DNA of 64,000 nt from Acidobacteriota bacterium. GTDB taxonomy: Bacteria; Acidobacteriota; Thermoanaerobaculia; Multivoradales; JBCCEF01. Position numbers and translations under genes: made by a program. Positions 46,765 to 58,038 of this stretch are shown piece by piece. The first letter of the stretch is position 1. Each line of letters starts with the position of its first letter. The notes under the pieces are model-generated. The model was not told where the DNA came from and searched no databases. It was given only the letters and a program-made list of their open reading frames with translations. The stretch lies in the NCBI GenBank assembly GCA_039030395.1, contig JBCCEF010000015.1, positions 47,018 to 111,017 on the forward strand, read 5' to 3'.

Positions 46765-47478
46765 CTAACCACCGACCAGGGTGGCTTTGACCTTCTCCAA
46801 CGCCTCTTCTTTCTTCTTGAGTTCCGCTTCCGCCGCGGCCAGCCGCGCGCGCAGTTGCCTCACCTCGGCCTGCATCGCCGCGCTCTCCTCGGAGCCCGTC
46901 TCCTGCTGTTCGGCAAGGTTCGCCAGCTCAGTGCTACAGGCTTCCGCCTCGCCCTGGTGAAGGGCGACCTGCGCCTGCAGATCCGCCACCTCCTGAGCGT
47001 GGCCGGCGGCCGCCGCGCGCGACGCAGCCTGCGCCCGCAGGCCAGCGGCCAGTAGCTTCACCTCGGCAAGGCGCTCGAACTTGGGGTACGAATCTTCGAG
47101 TTCCTCCAAGGCCTGGGTGGCGCGCTCCAAGTTACCGGCAACGGCGGGCCGGAACAACGAGGCGACGGCCAGCGAGTAGAGGGCACCGGCGCGGCGCGGA
47201 TCCTGGGCCGGAAAGGTCGCCACCAGGCGCTCGAACTGGGTAATCGCGGTAGAAAAATCGCCGGCGGCGAGGGCGCCGGCGGCTTCCCTCTGGACCCGCT
47301 TCACATCGCGCCGATTGAGCGGTGCCGGTGCTTCGCCAGCGGCAGCGGATGCCCCTTCGGAAGGCTGAGCCGCCACCCCGGCGGCGGGCTCCGAGAGCGC
47401 CAAACCCGGCAGTAGACAGAGGACGAGCGCGCGCTTCGAAAACCGCGCCAACACCGATTGAATTCGCCAGCCAGCCAT
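46765..47478 (-). CDS. Secreted TPR-like / coiled-coil protein
   Basis: Signal peptide MAGWRIQSVLARFSKRALVLCLLPGLALS with a strong RBS (aagggaggaagg). C-terminal Ala/Glu/Gln-rich coiled coil. Start chosen at the in-frame ATG 47478. Confidence 0.5.
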   Translation of the reverse strand: MAGWRIQSVLARFSKRALVLCLLPGLALSEPAAGVAAQPSEGASAAAGEAPAPLNRRDVKRVQREAAGALAAGDFSTAITQFERLVATFPAQDPRRAGALYSLAVASLFRPAVAGNLERATQALEELEDSYPKFERLAEVKLLAAGLRAQAASRAAAAGHAQEVADLQAQVALHQGEAEACSTELANLAEQQETGSEESAAMQAEVRQLRARLAAAEAELKKKEEALEKVKATLVGG

Positions 47479-47738
47479 AGACCTTCCTCCCTTTACCCCT
47501 AACAGGTGGTGACGCGGCGCAATCCGTTTCACCACCGCCGTCCACCCCAGACTTTAGCAGCCCTTCGCAGTCCGGAAGTGGGCTCCCGAGGCCAACCATC
47601 CGCAGGGTGAAATCCGGACCTTCTCAAGTAGTGGACCGAACGGCGAATTCCTAGGCTACGCCCATGGATTGCAGGTTTTCATGTGACGCCGACCCCCGGC
47701 ACGATTCACACCGTCAACGGACTATAGGGAGGATCCAC

Positions 47739-48677
47739 ATGCAAGTTGTCAGCAGCCCTTCGATGCCGCCGCCGGAGAGCCGTCCGGAACGGCTCGGCAG
47801 CCAACGGGTCGACGTCTTCGTCACCGCCAACCTGGGAATCTTCGGTTTCGTTCAGCCGAACGGTTTCTCCGGGGCGGCCCTCGGAGACAAGACCACCGAG
47901 GCCCTGTCGGCCGTTCTCAAGAACTTCTCATTCCCATCCCTCAACCTGGCCTTCGCCGCCAGTGCCCGCCTGCGACCGAGGAGCAGTACCTCGATGGTGA
48001 CCGGCACCAAGCTGCAAGAGATGGAGCTTCGAGTGATCCTCGAAGCCCTGGAGCAGACGGACGGGCCGGCGCCGCCGGATGGCGAACCGCTGATCAAGAT
48101 CCTGGGACTGGAGCCCTCGGAGACGCTGGCCAGGGTCATCGAGGAACGCCCGGAGGACGGCTTCCGGCCGTCCAGCACCTCCTTGGGCTACTCCAGCAAG
48201 GGGCGAAGCTACAACCTGAGCTACACCTACGTACCCCGCCGCCGAACGATCCAACTCGAGAAGGCGACTCTGGCCGCGCCGGACGAATTCGGCTGGTACC
48301 TGCGCTCTTCCGGCGCGGAACAGAAGGAGGGGCTGCACTACGGTACCGCCTTCCTGCAGCTCAGCCGCAAGGTCAAGCGGCTGCGGGTAAAGGTGGGGCT
48401 GGCGTCCGACTGGACCAACGGAGTCCCCAATCAAATCGAGGACTTCACCATCGACCTCGGAGTGCACCATCCGCCGATCCCGAAGACCCCGCAGCTCACC
48501 GACGTCACCGACATGCGATCCCTGCCGATCGTCATTCCGCGGGACGACATCAAAACCCTGCTGGCGATCACCGACGAGGAACTCAGCCGGTTGATCTCCA
48601 ACAAGGATCTCCGAGCCTTCGGCAGCGAAGGAAAGCTCATCACCAAGGGCTCGCTGAGCCGCCTGCTCGGCCTGTAG
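47739..48677 (+). CDS. Hypothetical protein
   Basis: Strong RBS agggagg and non-biased, protein-like composition. No recognisable domain. Confidence 0.45.
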   Translation: MQVVSSPSMPPPESRPERLGSQRVDVFVTANLGIFGFVQPNGFSGAALGDKTTEALSAVLKNFSFPSLNLAFAASARLRPRSSTSMVTGTKLQEMELRVILEALEQTDGPAPPDGEPLIKILGLEPSETLARVIEERPEDGFRPSSTSLGYSSKGRSYNLSYTYVPRRRTIQLEKATLAAPDEFGWYLRSSGAEQKEGLHYGTAFLQLSRKVKRLRVKVGLASDWTNGVPNQIEDFTIDLGVHHPPIPKTPQLTDVTDMRSLPIVIPRDDIKTLLAITDEELSRLISNKDLRAFGSEGKLITKGSLSRLLGL

Positions 48678-48742
48678 TCATTCCGTTCAATTCACCCGAA
48701 CCGATCACCAGGCGAGTCACCTCACTCAAAAGGAGCAACATC

Positions 48743-48997
48743 ATGTCCAGGCCCCCCCTTCGCATCACTTCAGTCCGCACCGACAAGGCCTCCGGCACCG
48801 CCGTCATCAACGGCGAAGGCGGCAGCGTCGAGGCCGGCATCTTCGTCGAGCTGGATCCCAACCACGGTCAGGGAATGGCCGAGGCCTTGGGAGACAACTG
48901 GTTCAAGGAGTTTCCGAACCTAGAGCCCCGCGAGTACACCGTGCGGGTCAACTGCCAAGGCGAGGACGACCGCGAGATCTTCGACATGAGGGACTGA
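48743..48997 (+). CDS. Small hypothetical protein (84 aa)
   Basis: Good RBS aaaaggag 7 nt upstream of the ATG. Plausible composition; no family recognised. Confidence 0.35.
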   Translation: MSRPPLRITSVRTDKASGTAVINGEGGSVEAGIFVELDPNHGQGMAEALGDNWFKEFPNLEPREYTVRVNCQGEDDREIFDMRD

Positions 48998-49026
48998 CGG
49001 TCGGCCCCGCGTTCCGGCGCGCAGCG

Positions 49027-49050
49027 CCCGGGAGCCTCACGGCTCCCGGG
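49027..49050 (+). terminator. Perfect GC-rich hairpin downstream of the 48743-48997 ORF (terminator-like, no U-tract)
   Basis: CCCGGGAGCC tcac GGCTCCCGGG. Confidence 0.3.
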
Positions 49051-49190
49051 CCTCCCGTCGCAAGGAAATCCAATGGTCCCGTCGCCCACTCGATCGTTGG
49101 TTCTGGTCGCCGTCAGATCCGGCTGCCCCCACAGGGGAGAAGCCGCAAAGACCGGGAACATCGAGAGAGCGAAGGGAGTGAAAAGACTCC

Positions 49191-49255
49191 TGGCAGGGTG
49201 TTGAAAAACTCGCCAGCACCCTGTTCCGAGCCTACACGGCGAGGCGGCAGCGGCG
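49191..49255 (-). repeat. Partial copy (D) of the intergenic structured repeat (hairpin end only)
   Basis: TGGCAGGGTGttgaaaaactcgCCAGCACCCTGTTCCGAGCCTacacGGCGAGGCGGC matches the start of copy C at 50752. Confidence 0.4.
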
Positions 49256-49306
49256 GCGCACTCAACGAGCCCGACGACCGACCTTGCGGCACGATAGAGT
49301 CGTCCC

Positions 49307-50749
49307 ATGAACGAGCCACAAACTCCTACCGTTCAATTGTCTTTTCGACCGTCTCGCCTCGTAAGCTGTTCCCTGGCCGGGATTCTCGTCTCTCTCGGAG
49401 CACTGGCGCAGGAATGGCCCCAGTTTCGCGGCCAGGGCGCACGCGGCGTCGACGACTCCACTCCCCTGCCCGTTCGGTGGGACAGTGAGAGCGGCGAGGG
49501 CATCCTGTGGCGTACCGCCATCCCCGGCCTCGGCCATTCGAGCCCGGTGATCTGGGGCGACAAGGTGTTCCTCACCACCGCCGTCAGCGAGAAAGACGAC
49601 GCCGGAATCCGCACCGGCCTCTACGGCGACATCGACCCGGTGAAGGACGATTCGAGCCATCGCTTCGTCGTCTACTGCCTGGACCGCAACACCGGGGAAG
49701 TGCGGTGGCAGAAGACCGCCGTCGAGACGGTGCCGCAGGTCAAGAGGCACCTGAAGTCCACCCATGCCAACCCGACCGTCGCCACCGACGGCAAACACCT
49801 GGTGGCCTTCTTCGGGTCCGAAGGACTCTATGTCTACGACCTGAACGGCAACTTGTTGTGGAAGAAGAACCTCGGCCTGCTCGACTCCGGCTTCTTCTTG
49901 GTACCAAGCGCCCAGTGGGGTTTCGGTTCTTCGCCGGTGCTCGAAGCTGGGAGGATCATCGTGCAGGCAGATGTCCAGAAAGGATCCTTCCTCGCCGCAC
50001 TCGACGTGAAGGACGGCAAAGAACTTTGGCGGACTTCCCGCGACGAGGTACCCACCTGGTCCACCCCCACGGTGCATGACGACGGTCGCCGCAAGCAGGT
50101 GATCGTCAACGGCTTCCGCCACATCGGCGGCTACGATTTCAACACCGGCGCCGAGCTGTGGAGGATGGCCGGCACCGGCGACATCCCCACGCCGACGCCC
50201 TTCGTGGTGGACGATCTGATCTACCTCACCAGCTCTCACGGCGGCGGCAGCCCGATCTACGTTATCCCAACGAACGCCAGCGGGACCCTCGAGCCGGAAC
50301 AGCTCGCCTGGAGCCGCGAACGCGGTGGCTCCTACCTGCCCACCACCATTGTCTACGACGGTCTCTACTACGTCGGGCGGGACAACGGCGTATTGGGCGT
50401 GTACGACGCCAAGAGCGGCAAGCGGCACTACGAAGCCCGCGTCGGCGGCGGCAGCTACAGCTTTGTGGCCTCGCCGGTGGCCGGTGACGGCAAGCTCTAC
50501 TACTCCTCCGAAGACGGCGTGATCTTCGTTCTCGCCGCCGGCAAGGAACTGAACATCCTGGCCGAGAACGACATCGGCGGGCGCATCCTCGCCTCCCCGG
50601 CGATCGCCGACGGCACCCTCTACCTGCGCACCTTGAACGAGCTGGTGGCGGTGCGCGGAGCCGCCGCGCCGCCTCCGGCGGCCGGCGAGGAAGGCGACGA
50701 GGAAACCGGCGAAGGCGAGACGGACTCAGCCGAATCCGAGACCAAATAG
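49307..50749 (+). CDS. PQQ-like / BamB-like beta-propeller repeat protein with acidic C-terminal tail
   Basis: N-terminal signal. EWPQFRGQGARG start typical of PQQ-repeat propellers. Repeated hydrophobic-G-x-x-DG blades. C-terminal EEGDEETGEGETDSAESE tail. Confidence 0.7.
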   Translation: MNEPQTPTVQLSFRPSRLVSCSLAGILVSLGALAQEWPQFRGQGARGVDDSTPLPVRWDSESGEGILWRTAIPGLGHSSPVIWGDKVFLTTAVSEKDDAGIRTGLYGDIDPVKDDSSHRFVVYCLDRNTGEVRWQKTAVETVPQVKRHLKSTHANPTVATDGKHLVAFFGSEGLYVYDLNGNLLWKKNLGLLDSGFFLVPSAQWGFGSSPVLEAGRIIVQADVQKGSFLAALDVKDGKELWRTSRDEVPTWSTPTVHDDGRRKQVIVNGFRHIGGYDFNTGAELWRMAGTGDIPTPTPFVVDDLIYLTSSHGGGSPIYVIPTNASGTLEPEQLAWSRERGGSYLPTTIVYDGLYYVGRDNGVLGVYDAKSGKRHYEARVGGGSYSFVASPVAGDGKLYYSSEDGVIFVLAAGKELNILAENDIGGRILASPAIADGTLYLRTLNELVAVRGAAAPPPAAGEEGDEETGEGETDSAESETK

Positions 50750-50751
50750 GG

Positions 50752-50920
50752 CCCTAGCAGGGTGCTGATTAACTCGTCAGCACCCTGTTCCGAGCCTGAA
50801 AGGCGAGGCGGCGCCGTAGGCGTCGTGGACGGGGTGAGCCGGAAAACACTGGTGTTTTCGGGCGAGGGGGCGCCCAGCCCCCTGGAAAAGAAAGCTGGCA
50901 GGGCAGCTGAAATCATAGGC
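50752..50920 (-). repeat. Intergenic structured repeat, copy C (full length, reverse orientation)
   Basis: The reverse complement aligns along the full length of copy B (46205-46390), including ATGATTTCAGCTGCCCTGC, GGGGGCTGGGCGCCCCCTC, GCCGCCTCGCCTTTCAGGCTCGGAACAGGG and the terminal hairpin CAGGGTGCTGA/TCAGCACCCTG. Confidence 0.55.
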
Positions 50921-51053
50921 CGAAGGCCTTTTTCAGCAACCTGCTAGCCCGAGCGCGCCCTGGCACCGGTTGTCTATACTGACTTTTGATATCCCTGATC
51001 GAAGACTGCCCAGCATTGGGCCGTTCCACAGAGATTCTCCCAGGAGGTTTCTC

Positions 51054-52763
51054 ATGAACGCACTCCGTCTCGCGCTCCCCACTGCGCTTTTGTTGCTGGC
51101 CGCTGCCTGCTCACCGCCGACCGCGATAGACGCCTCGGCACCCCCTCCGCCCCTTTCGGAAGCCGACAAGGCGGCGCTGGTCGAGGAGGCCCAGGCGCCG
51201 CTCTTCGAAGGCATGGGGGAGCACCACCACCCCATCGCCACCGACCACCCCGGCGCCCAGCGCTACTTCAACCAGGGGCTGGTGCTGGCCTTCGCCTTCA
51301 ACCACGCCGAATCGATCCGCGCCTTCCGGGCGGCCCAGCGCCTGGACGACACCTGCGCCATGTGCTTCTGGGGCGAAGCGCTGGCGACCGGGCCGAACAT
51401 CAACGTCACCAGCAACGGCAAGGCGGTGATGTCCGAAGACGAACGAACGGCCGCCTTCGCGGCGCTCCAGGAGGCGATCGCCCGGCGCGACCAGGCCGCC
51501 GACGCCGAGCGCGATTACATCGACGCCCTCGCCACCCGCTACAACGGCGACCCCGCGACCGCTCGCGAACCGCTCGACCTGGCCTATGCCGACGCCATGC
51601 GCCAACTGGCGGCGAAGTACCCGCAAGACGACGACGCCCAGTCCCTCTTCGCCGAGGCGGTGATGAACACCATGCCCTGGGACTACTGGTTGGACGGCGA
51701 GAACCCCAAGCCCGAAGCGGCGGAAGTGATCTCCACCCTGGAGACGGTGCTCGAACGGTCGCCGGAGCATCCCCTCGCCCTCCATCTCTACATCCACGCC
51801 GTGGAAGCCTCGTCCAACCCCGGCCGGGCCGAAGCCGCCGCCGATCGCCTGGCCGACCTGGTGCCCGGCGCCGGCCACCTCGTCCACATGCCGGCCCACA
51901 TCTACTGGCGGGTTGGGCGCTACAACGACGCTTCGGAAGCCAACGTCCGGGCGGCGGCAGTGGACGAGGAGTACATCGCCCAGTGCAACGCCCAGGGCTT
52001 CTACCCGGCCCTCTACTACCCGCACAACATTCACTTTCTGTGGGCCGCATCGAGCATGGAGGGGCGGAGCGACGTGGCCATCGAAGCCGCCCGCAAGGTG
52101 GCCGCCAACGTTCGACTGGAGATGATCGAAGCGTTTCCGCAGGTGGAGTTCTTCCACACCATTCCGCTGCTGGCCCTGACCCAGTTCGGCAAGTGGGACG
52201 ACCTGCTGGCGGAAGAAGCGCCGCGGGAAGACCTCCACTTCTCGAATGCCATCTGGCACTACGCGCGGGCGACGGCCCAGGCGCGCAAGGGCGACATCGC
52301 GGCGGCGCGGGCGGAACGCGACGCCCTCGTGCCGCTCCTTGAAACGGACAAGATTCTCCTCCTCGACGGCAACGACTATCCGGCGAGCATGGTCCTCGAC
52401 ATCGCGCACTCGCTGGTCGAAGGCGAAATCGCCATGGCCGCCGGTGACCTGAACGGCGCGATCGGGCACTTCGAAACGGCGGTCGCCACCCAAGACACCC
52501 TGCCCTACATGGAACCGCCCTTCTGGTACTACCCCACCCGCCAGTCCCTCGGCGCGGCGCTCCTCAAGGCGGGTCAGAACGCCGAGGCCGAAGCGGTCTA
52601 CCGGCGCGACCTGGAGGACTACCCGCGCAACGGCTGGTCCCTTTCCGGCTTGGTCCAAAGCCTCGAAGCCCAGGGCAAGGCCGAGGAGGCCGAGGCCGCC
52701 CGAGAGCGCTTCGAATCGGCATGGTCCCGGGCGGATGTCGAGCTGACCGGCTCGCGGATCTAG
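51054..52763 (+). CDS. Lipoprotein with TPR-like helical repeats (hypothetical)
   Basis: Lipoprotein signal MNALRLALPTALLLLAAAC. RBS caggagg. Ala/Leu-rich helical-repeat composition; no specific family recognised. Confidence 0.5.
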   Translation: MNALRLALPTALLLLAAACSPPTAIDASAPPPPLSEADKAALVEEAQAPLFEGMGEHHHPIATDHPGAQRYFNQGLVLAFAFNHAESIRAFRAAQRLDDTCAMCFWGEALATGPNINVTSNGKAVMSEDERTAAFAALQEAIARRDQAADAERDYIDALATRYNGDPATAREPLDLAYADAMRQLAAKYPQDDDAQSLFAEAVMNTMPWDYWLDGENPKPEAAEVISTLETVLERSPEHPLALHLYIHAVEASSNPGRAEAAADRLADLVPGAGHLVHMPAHIYWRVGRYNDASEANVRAAAVDEEYIAQCNAQGFYPALYYPHNIHFLWAASSMEGRSDVAIEAARKVAANVRLEMIEAFPQVEFFHTIPLLALTQFGKWDDLLAEEAPREDLHFSNAIWHYARATAQARKGDIAAARAERDALVPLLETDKILLLDGNDYPASMVLDIAHSLVEGEIAMAAGDLNGAIGHFETAVATQDTLPYMEPPFWYYPTRQSLGAALLKAGQNAEAEAVYRRDLEDYPRNGWSLSGLVQSLEAQGKAEEAEAARERFESAWSRADVELTGSRI

Positions 52764-52771
52764 ACCGCGGG

Positions 52772-52797
52772 GAGCCCCTCCGTTCGGCGAGGGGCTT
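52772..52797 (+). terminator. Hairpin downstream of the lipoprotein gene (terminator-like)
   Basis: GAGCCCCTC cgttcggc GAGGGGCTT. Confidence 0.3.
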
Positions 52798-52882
52798 GCG
52801 CCCATGACACAATCCCGCCTCGCCGGGGCCATGGAGGCCCCGGCCAAGACTGCATTCAACGCAGGCTAGAGGGGCGAGCGCC

Positions 52883-54568
<1,686 letters not shown>

Positions 54569-54669
54569 CGAAGGCCCACGCCGCACCGAGCCGAGTCAGT
54601 ACTTGCGAAACATTTTACGTTTCGCTGTCACTCCCAGGCATCTACTGATGTTCTTTGGGAGGAACGGCG

Positions 54670-54864
54670 ATGAACGAACCCGTACACTGCGCGGACTGCG
54701 ACGGCACCGGCGACTGCCCGGCCTGTAGCGGCCAGGGAACGCCCAACTGCGACAACTGCCAGGGAGCGGGCTGCCTGATCTGCAAGGGCGAGGGCTGGGT
54801 GAACTGCGACCACTGCAACGCCAAGGGTGTCTGCCCGAACTGCAACGGCAAGGGCCAGGCCTGA
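54670..54864 (+). CDS. Small cysteine-rich protein with DnaJ-CR-like CxxCxGxG zinc-finger repeats (64 aa)
   Basis: MNEPVHCADCDGTGDCPACSGQGTPNCDNCQGAGCLICKGEGWVNCDHCNAKGVCPNCNGKGQA; 16 Cys; gggagg RBS before the ATG at 54670. Confidence 0.45.
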   Translation: MNEPVHCADCDGTGDCPACSGQGTPNCDNCQGAGCLICKGEGWVNCDHCNAKGVCPNCNGKGQA

Positions 54865-54880
54865 GGACCGGGACAGACGG

Positions 54881-54910
54881 ACCCGTGGGGTGACTCAGCG
54901 CCCCGCGGGT
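54881..54910. terminator. Hairpin between convergent genes (possible bidirectional terminator)
   Basis: ACCCGTGGGG tgactcagcg CCCCGCGGGT (10-bp stem, 1 mismatch), located between the stops at 54864 (+) and 54925 (-). Confidence 0.35.
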
Positions 54911-54924
54911 CACTCCCAGATCCC

Positions 54925-55626
54925 TCAGAAAGGATTCGTCGCAAACACCGAGAACTCTGGGATGAACCCCCGGTCGTCGATCGCCAAAGCGCCGACCAGG
55001 GCGTCGGCGATTTCCTGGGGGCGGAGCTTCTTGGGGGAAGCCTGCTGGTCGAAGCCGGCGGTGGTGGCGAAGTCGGTGAGGACTTCGCTCGGGTTGACCA
55101 GGATCACCCGAATGTCGTGGCGACGGAGTTCGTCGCGCCAGCACTCGGTCATGCCGCGCAGAGCGAACTTCGAGGAGCTGTAGGCGGTGGAGCCCCGACC
55201 GCCCTTCAAGCCCGAGGTGGACGAGATGTTGACGATGTTGCCGGAGCCCTGCGCGATCATCCGCTTGGCCGCCTCGCGGCCCATCACGAAGGCGCCGAAG
55301 ACGTTGGTACGGTAGACCGACTCCAGCGTCTCCAAGGACATCTCCACCAGCGACTGGAAGGTGCCGAAGCCGGCGTTATTGACCAGCAGGTCGATGCGGC
55401 CGTGGTGGTCGACGAACTCTTCGACGGAGCGAACGGCATCTTCCTCCGCGCCGACATCCGCGGTGATGGCGTGGGCACCGATCTCCTCGGCCGTCGCGCG
55501 CAGCTTGTGTTCGTCCCGCCCGGTGATGGTGACCGCGCCGCCTTTGGCGATCAACGCCGCCGCGATCGCCTTGCCGATACCTCCACTGCCGCCCGTGACG
55601 AGGGCCTTCGAACCTTCGATTTTCAT
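54925..55626 (-). CDS. SDR-family short-chain dehydrogenase/reductase
   Basis: TGGSGGIGKAIA Rossmann motif, NNAG, and catalytic YxxxK (Y-SSSK region). RBS caggagg before the ATG at 55626. Confidence 0.8.
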   Translation of the reverse strand: MKIEGSKALVTGGSGGIGKAIAAALIAKGGAVTITGRDEHKLRATAEEIGAHAITADVGAEEDAVRSVEEFVDHHGRIDLLVNNAGFGTFQSLVEMSLETLESVYRTNVFGAFVMGREAAKRMIAQGSGNIVNISSTSGLKGGRGSTAYSSSKFALRGMTECWRDELRRHDIRVILVNPSEVLTDFATTAGFDQQASPKKLRPQEIADALVGALAIDDRGFIPEFSVFATNPF

Positions 55627-55733
55627 ACTCGTTGCCTCCTGGATTGGTGACGGCACATTCCGAGCCGCCTCCCATGGGAGGATGAGCCTACCCCACCACG
55701 ACGCAGCCGGCCCGAACTTGGCGCGGCACTTCG

Positions 55734-57839
55734 TCAGTCGTCAATGGACGGCGTCTCGGTGCCGTAGACGTAGCGCTCGAACCAGGGCTGCCAGTCTTTG
55801 TTGGTCATCTGGTTGAGGATACCCACCAGGTGATGGGTCGCGCCGTACTGCACGGAAAAGTTGGTGGTGAAGGTGCGCAGCAGGGCGAAAAAGTAGCGGT
55901 CGCCCTGTTGCGCGCCGCCGAACTGGCGACCGAGTTCTTGTCGCAGGGCGTGGAGCACCAGCGGCCCCTTCGCATAGAGCAGGTAGACCCGGTCGCGGAA
56001 GTCCTTGTCGTCTTTCCCCGCCAGGCGATTGGCCAAGTAGATCGACCCGGTGTCGCTGATGTCCTGGGTGAGCCGCTTCCACTGGCGAAGCTCGCGGTCG
56101 AACTCCCGCTGGCCTTTCTTGCCGCCGCCGCGCATGGCCTGGAGCGCCAGCGCCGCCGAGTAGTCGGCGAAGCTTTCGGTGAGCCACTGTTCCTCATAGG
56201 AGTCCATCTTGATCACGTGCCCCCACCAGGTGTGGGCCACCTCATGGACGAAGCGGGCGTTGACCCCTTGCGAGAAAAAGCGGTTGACGACGTCGCCGAT
56301 CGGGTTGTAGGCCTCGCGGGTGATGAAGATGATGCCCGGCGGCGCCTGACCGAAACCCCAGGAGTTGATCTCGACGACGTTCATCTCGTCGAGCGGATAC
56401 GGCACGCCGAAGAGCTGGCCGTAGTAGTCCGCCGACGCAAAGAAGTTGCTGAGAAGTTGTTTGGCGGCTCGCTCCTTGCCGCCGGCGTAGGCCGCCACGG
56501 TGCCGGAGATGTCGTTCATCGAGTCCTTCACCTCCGAGTACTTGCCCGCCACCACTACCGGGAACTGCATCGGCTGGTCCAGGCGGGTCTTGACGCGATT
56601 GAATCCGTCGCCGGAACTGCGCTCGACGGTCTTGCCGGAGGCATAGGGAGTCAACGGCTCGGGTACCCGCACTTCGAATTCGAAGGTCGAGAACTGGCCG
56701 TTGAGGGCGGGCCTCGGGTACCAAGCCCAGGTTCCGAGGGACCAGAAGCTGTCCTTGTTCGGGCGGATGGCGATCTCGCCGTGGTGCTTCACCTCGATGA
56801 CGCGGTTCTCGCCCTTCGTCATCGGCGGATCGAGGATGACCAGCAGATCGTTTCGATCGTGCAAGAAGTCCACCTCTTTGCCATCTACCTTCACATGGTC
56901 GACCTCGATCGGGAAAAACTTGTCGCCGTCGGAAACCCGGTCACGCAGCGAGACCCTCCACACCCCCAGGTCGTCCCGCTGGGAGCGCACGGTGGAGCGC
57001 GCGGTAATTTCGACATACTGATCCCGCGGGTTGTTCACGGTGAAGGCCGTATGGGTGGTGACGCATTCCGCGGCCGGGCGATCCCACCAGTTTCGGCCGA
57101 TCGGCTGGGTGACCAGCTCGTAGGCAATGTAGTCGCCCTTGTACTCGCGCCCACCCTCGCTGCCGCTCAGGTCGTCGAGACGCAGCAGGGTCTCCTCCCG
57201 CAAGACCTCCGGATCAACGTCCAGGAACCACTTCTCGTCGCCCTCCAGCAGGGCGACCCGAGTGCCGTCCAGCTTCATGAGGTCGAAGGTCAAGGCGCGC
57301 AGGCCCGGCGACGAGAAGAGCGCTCGGTCGAGGAGTTCGGTGAACCAATCCGAGGAGAGCGCCGCCGCGCCCTCCGGCGGCCCGGTGGCGCCGATTTCGG
57401 CGGCCTTCGCCGCCGCCAAGTCCCGCGCCCAGATCACCGCCGAGGTCACCCGCTGGCTGGCGGTGGCGCCGTTCGGTCCGGCGGTGAGCTTGACCGACGA
57501 GGCGGTCTTGAAGTTGCGCTCGGCGACGGGTCGGCTGATCGGATCGTCCACCCGATAGCTGAAGGTCGCGCCGCCCCGCACCCACAAGCCCGCCGGTTGA
57601 CCGTTCGCCCACAGTAGGTGGGCCGAACCACCGGAGGACGGTTGCAGCACACCGCGGCCGATAGCGAGCGGTGCCTCCAACGGCATCGCCTCGCCCACCA
57701 GCGGCGCTTCGAAGGCCCGCAGCGAAGCCCTCAAGGTCGCGCCCTGTGCCGAAGCTGCGCCCAGGCAGAAGCCGGCGACAACGAAGATGGCGCAGAGAAA
57801 GGAAAGGGCTGCGGACGGTACCCGCTGGGGTCGGGGCAT
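55734..57839 (-). CDS. M1-family zinc aminopeptidase (secreted)
   Basis: HEVAHTWWGH...ESFADY (HEXXH-X18-E zinc site) and N-terminal signal peptide. Start at ATG 57839 with RBS ggagaag; the ORF track extends to 57965. Confidence 0.8.
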   Translation of the reverse strand: MPRPQRVPSAALSFLCAIFVVAGFCLGAASAQGATLRASLRAFEAPLVGEAMPLEAPLAIGRGVLQPSSGGSAHLLWANGQPAGLWVRGGATFSYRVDDPISRPVAERNFKTASSVKLTAGPNGATASQRVTSAVIWARDLAAAKAAEIGATGPPEGAAALSSDWFTELLDRALFSSPGLRALTFDLMKLDGTRVALLEGDEKWFLDVDPEVLREETLLRLDDLSGSEGGREYKGDYIAYELVTQPIGRNWWDRPAAECVTTHTAFTVNNPRDQYVEITARSTVRSQRDDLGVWRVSLRDRVSDGDKFFPIEVDHVKVDGKEVDFLHDRNDLLVILDPPMTKGENRVIEVKHHGEIAIRPNKDSFWSLGTWAWYPRPALNGQFSTFEFEVRVPEPLTPYASGKTVERSSGDGFNRVKTRLDQPMQFPVVVAGKYSEVKDSMNDISGTVAAYAGGKERAAKQLLSNFFASADYYGQLFGVPYPLDEMNVVEINSWGFGQAPPGIIFITREAYNPIGDVVNRFFSQGVNARFVHEVAHTWWGHVIKMDSYEEQWLTESFADYSAALALQAMRGGGKKGQREFDRELRQWKRLTQDISDTGSIYLANRLAGKDDKDFRDRVYLLYAKGPLVLHALRQELGRQFGGAQQGDRYFFALLRTFTTNFSVQYGATHHLVGILNQMTNKDWQPWFERYVYGTETPSIDD

Positions 57840-58038
57840 ACGTTCTTCTCCGTGGTGAATGAATGTCGAGCCGAATGCTCGTCGGCGGCGCCTCATGGAA
57901 AATCCAACCTTCCATTCAACCCTGCCAGCTTGCTGGATCCGTGGATTTCTATCACGCCCCGGCAAAATCCTTCACCGGAAGCGTCAGGCCGTGGGTACGC
58001 CCCGGAGTGCCCGAAGATTCCCCAACCCGCCGGGACGG

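Noticed and set aside
51111-52859. 582-aa minus-strand ORF
   Set aside because: Antisense to the lipoprotein gene, which has a signal peptide and RBS.
55830-57617. 595-aa plus-strand ORF
   Set aside because: Antisense to the M1 aminopeptidase gene, which has a clear HEXXH-E zinc site.
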